From the NCBI GenBank assembly GCA_964428355.1, contig CAYRYU010000010.1, positions 39,334 through 103,333 on the forward strand: a DNA stretch of 64,000 nucleotides. The letters are read 5' to 3'. Below, in pieces: positions 61,842 to 64,000 of this stretch. The first letter of the stretch is position 1. Every line of letters starts with the position of its first letter. The notes beneath the pieces are model-generated. The model saw only the letters and a list, made by a program, of their open reading frames with translations. It was not told where the DNA came from and searched no databases. The DNA is from an uncultured bacterium. GTDB lineage: Bacteria; Muiribacteriota; Ozemobacteria; Ozemobacterales; Ozemobacteraceae. Made by a program: the position numbers and the translations under genes.

Positions 61842-64000
61842 ATGTCGTTGATTCACGAATGGCTGAAACCGAGGCTGGAAGCCGCTTCTGGCCAGGACCG
61901 GATCCTGATCCGGGACCCGTTCCGGCTCCTTTCCGATTCCGACGGATTCCTGCACCAATTCGCAAAAACCCACGGGTTTACCGTGCTGGTGGCCTCCACG
62001 AATCTGGTGTTCCGTGACCTGTATGAAAAAGCCCGACAGGACGAAGGCGGGAGTCGTCTCCTGATCGTGGACCGTGCGACGCCGCGACAGCGGTCCCAGG
62101 GCGGACGCGTGGCCGCGGTCGCGCCGTTCTATCCCGACCTTCTGGCCGAAACATCCCCCGAAGCCCGGATCGAAATCGGATTGCGCGGGTTTCTCCAGGA
62201 GTGGACTCACGATCCGCTTTGGCCCGCCAGGGTCGAGGATCCCCGTTTTTCCCGGCTGATCACAGCGCACTTGAAGGGTGTCCTGGTTGCCCACAGGAAC
62301 CTGAGGATGGCCTACCCTGATCGCTTCACAGATCGCGATCTCGAAGTCATTATCGCATATGCAGCCATGGGAGTACCCGAATCCGCATTCAGGCATCAGG
62401 ACGCCGAAGAATATTGGAAAATCGCTCTTCTTGGCCCCCGGGCGTTCGAGGAGCTCGAGAGCATTGCTCCTACCATCACCCGGCCGATCAGGGAGAAACT
62501 TCGCCAGGCTGCTCCTCCGTTCTGCCACTTCGCCACCCATGATCCGGAACTCGTGCTGAGGGCTTTCTATCTGGGAGTCATTCTCTCCCAACATGTCGAG
62601 AACTGGTCCCCCCTTCTGGCCAACATCGACCCGGACCTTTCCCCGCTTGCCCATCTTTCATCGCAAGCTCTGATGGACGCGGCGGACAAACTCCAAAATC
62701 TTGATCCGAAACGTGTCCGAATTGAAATCGCCCAAGTCGAGAACTCCCTGACCGCTGCCCACCTCGAATTCCTCGTGTTTTCCCAATGGAATTGGCATGA
62801 CCCGAAACGATGGGCTGATGCCTTCAGGCGCGAACGCTCCTCGGGATTGTTGCGAAGTCTCATCCTGTTACTGGCACTGGATGACTCTCTTGGAACCAAT
62901 CCCGCCGCGGGGTCTCATAAAGAGTTACACCAACTGTTGACCGACCCGGTTGGGGCGGGGTTACCCGCAGGGGAACTCCCGGACGCGGCGGAAGGGGCGA
63001 TCCGGGAGGCCTACCTGCTGGCCCTTTCCGTTCAGGCCCTCCGTCGTGATCTGGTATTGGGAAACAAAAATCTGGGAATGCTCAAGCCCGCCCAGCTGTC
63101 CCTGGCGCCCTTTCTGAAACTGTGGAAGGAGCAGAGGGTCAGCGGTCTCGAATATCGTGTTTCCCTTCTCGAGCGCAAGGTGCATCATGGAAGGATGCTT
63201 CCCAGAGCCGAGGCCGACCTTCCTCCCCGTTGCCGGGCCGCCCTGGAGTCGATCCGGTCCCGCCTGGGGGCATTGGAAACCGACGTTGGAAGCCAGTTGC
63301 AAAGCCTCGATGCCCGGTTCCAGGACCTGGTCGGGCGAGACTACCCGGGTTGGGTGTCCGGAAAAGGGGAGATCACCACCACCAGCTCTTTTCTGGAGCG
63401 GATCCTGAAGCCCCATTGGGATCCCCAGAGGGAAAAAGCCGTCCTGTTCATTTTCGACGGGATGCGGATCGACATCTGGCAGGAACTGGTCTGGCCCGCG
63501 TTGGAGGATCGCCTGGAGGCTCTCGTCGATCAGGTCGGGTCATCGCTCCTCCCTTCCGAGACCCACATTTCACGGAAAGCCATCAGCGCGGGAACCACTC
63601 CTGATGGGTTCGATTCCCATGCCGCCGAGAGCACGCTCCTGGAGTCCGCGCTGGCCCAGAAGTTCCAGTGGAGGGGGGCTGTCGATACCGTCGCCCCCGA
63701 CTCAGCCGGAACCGGAGAGACCGTTCGGTATCGGGCAGGCAACCTCGATGTCTACATTCTCGATCTGTGCGACAAGGAACTCCACAAGATCGGGGTGAAG
63801 ACCCTGGCCGACAGAAGGCAGGTGCCTGAGCGCCCGTTGGTGTTCATCTATCAGCAGTTGATCAAGAACATCATCGACCACGAAGTGATGACGATCGTCC
63901 GGGCGCTCACCCCGGGGACGAAGGTCTTCGTCACGGCAGACCACGGCTTCAGCCGAGTCGGTCGGGAGAAGTTGTGGCTGGATGCCGAATGGCTGAATGC
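61842..64000 (+). CDS. pglZ: PglZ-domain protein (alkaline-phosphatase superfamily, BREX BrxZ/PglZ), 3' end beyond window
   Basis: Not in the ORF track because no stop lies inside the window. I read the frame from ATG 61842 (MSLIHEWLKPRLEA) through 64000 without a stop. PglZ motifs occur in frame: VLFIFDGMRIDIWQEL (about 63441), LPSETHISRKAISAGTTP, and VFVTADHGFSRVG near the end. Confidence 0.75.
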   Translation, partial: MSLIHEWLKPRLEAASGQDRILIRDPFRLLSDSDGFLHQFAKTHGFTVLVASTNLVFRDLYEKARQDEGGSRLLIVDRATPRQRSQGGRVAAVAPFYPDLLAETSPEARIEIGLRGFLQEWTHDPLWPARVEDPRFSRLITAHLKGVLVAHRNLRMAYPDRFTDRDLEVIIAYAAMGVPESAFRHQDAEEYWKIALLGPRAFEELESIAPTITRPIREKLRQAAPPFCHFATHDPELVLRAFYLGVILSQHVENWSPLLANIDPDLSPLAHLSSQALMDAADKLQNLDPKRVRIEIAQVENSLTAAHLEFLVFSQWNWHDPKRWADAFRRERSSGLLRSLILLLALDDSLGTNPAAGSHKELHQLLTDPVGAGLPAGELPDAAEGAIREAYLLALSVQALRRDLVLGNKNLGMLKPAQLSLAPFLKLWKEQRVSGLEYRVSLLERKVHHGRMLPRAEADLPPRCRAALESIRSRLGALETDVGSQLQSLDARFQDLVGRDYPGWVSGKGEITTTSSFLERILKPHWDPQREKAVLFIFDGMRIDIWQELVWPALEDRLEALVDQVGSSLLPSETHISRKAISAGTTPDGFDSHAAESTLLESALAQKFQWRGAVDTVAPDSAGTGETVRYRAGNLDVYILDLCDKELHKIGVKTLADRRQVPERPLVFIYQQLIKNIIDHEVMTIVRALTPGTKVFVTADHGFSRVGREKLWLDAEWLN

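Noticed and set aside
59729-62654. Minus-strand ORFs 59729..60658, 61055..61789 and 61719..62654 over the BrxC/PglZ genes
   Set aside because: Antisense to genes with clear Walker A and PglZ motifs. Composition artefacts.
1-64000. Searched for tRNA/rRNA/tmRNA-like sequence, CRISPR repeats and integrase/transposase genes
   Set aside because: No T-loop GGTTCGA-type motifs in a cloverleaf context. No regularly spaced 25-40-bp direct repeats. No rRNA-like conserved blocks. No protein with recombinase or transposase motifs recognised.

Overview
This is a high-GC (about 60-65%), densely coding bacterial chromosomal segment. I recognise no rRNA, tRNA, CRISPR array, transposase or integrase. Most long opposite-strand or alternate-frame ORFs in the six-frame track are Arg/Pro/Gly-rich artefacts of GC composition; I reject them. 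I support about 45 protein genes and several regulatory signals.

Main blocks along the window:
1. 0.1-8.6 kb: a secreted coiled-coil protein, DUF362, a macro-like domain protein, an HDOD signalling protein, DUF1330, a DUF62 SAM hydroxide adenosyltransferase translationally coupled to a fused MFS/spermidine-synthase-like protein.
2. 8.7-20.8 kb: a Hanks-type Ser/Thr signalling neighbourhood. Two paralogous non-RD kinases, a convergent FHA-PP2C operon, an ankyrin-repeat protein, an uncharacterised membrane protein and a lipoprotein. The two kinases and the ankyrin protein share a roughly 450-residue C-terminal/membrane-anchoring module that I cannot assign to any known family.
3. 21-31 kb: a PEP-utilising (rifampin-phosphotransferase-like) enzyme, an MMPL/RND exporter and a BtaA-like DUF3419 gene. 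These are followed by a GH144-like plus GH3 pair, a typical beta-1,2-glucan degradation pair.
4. 31-46 kb: a degenerate GGDEF protein, an RND efflux pair, and a tandem hsp20 operon with a near-perfect sigma-54 (-24/-12) promoter plus upstream palindromic putative enhancer sites and a terminator. Then a HEAT/TPR protein coupled to a DNRLRE-like protein, a LOR/tubby-like protein and an ABC-F ATPase.
5. 46.5-53.5 kb: an ECF sigma/ZAS anti-sigma pair heading an operon of three prepilin-type pseudopilins, a large pilin-like protein and an OmpA-family protein, followed by an SH3b-M23 peptidase.
6. 54.5-64 kb: a lower-GC island with an RNA ligase and an atypical BREX-like defence locus. It comprises a RadC-N(HhH)-fusion protein, a small coupled protein, a BrxC/PglY-type ATPase and a PglZ gene truncated at the window edge. 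No PglX methyltransferase lies between brxC and pglZ.

The most likely candidates for a previously undescribed system are the BREX-like locus and the kinase-associated module family.
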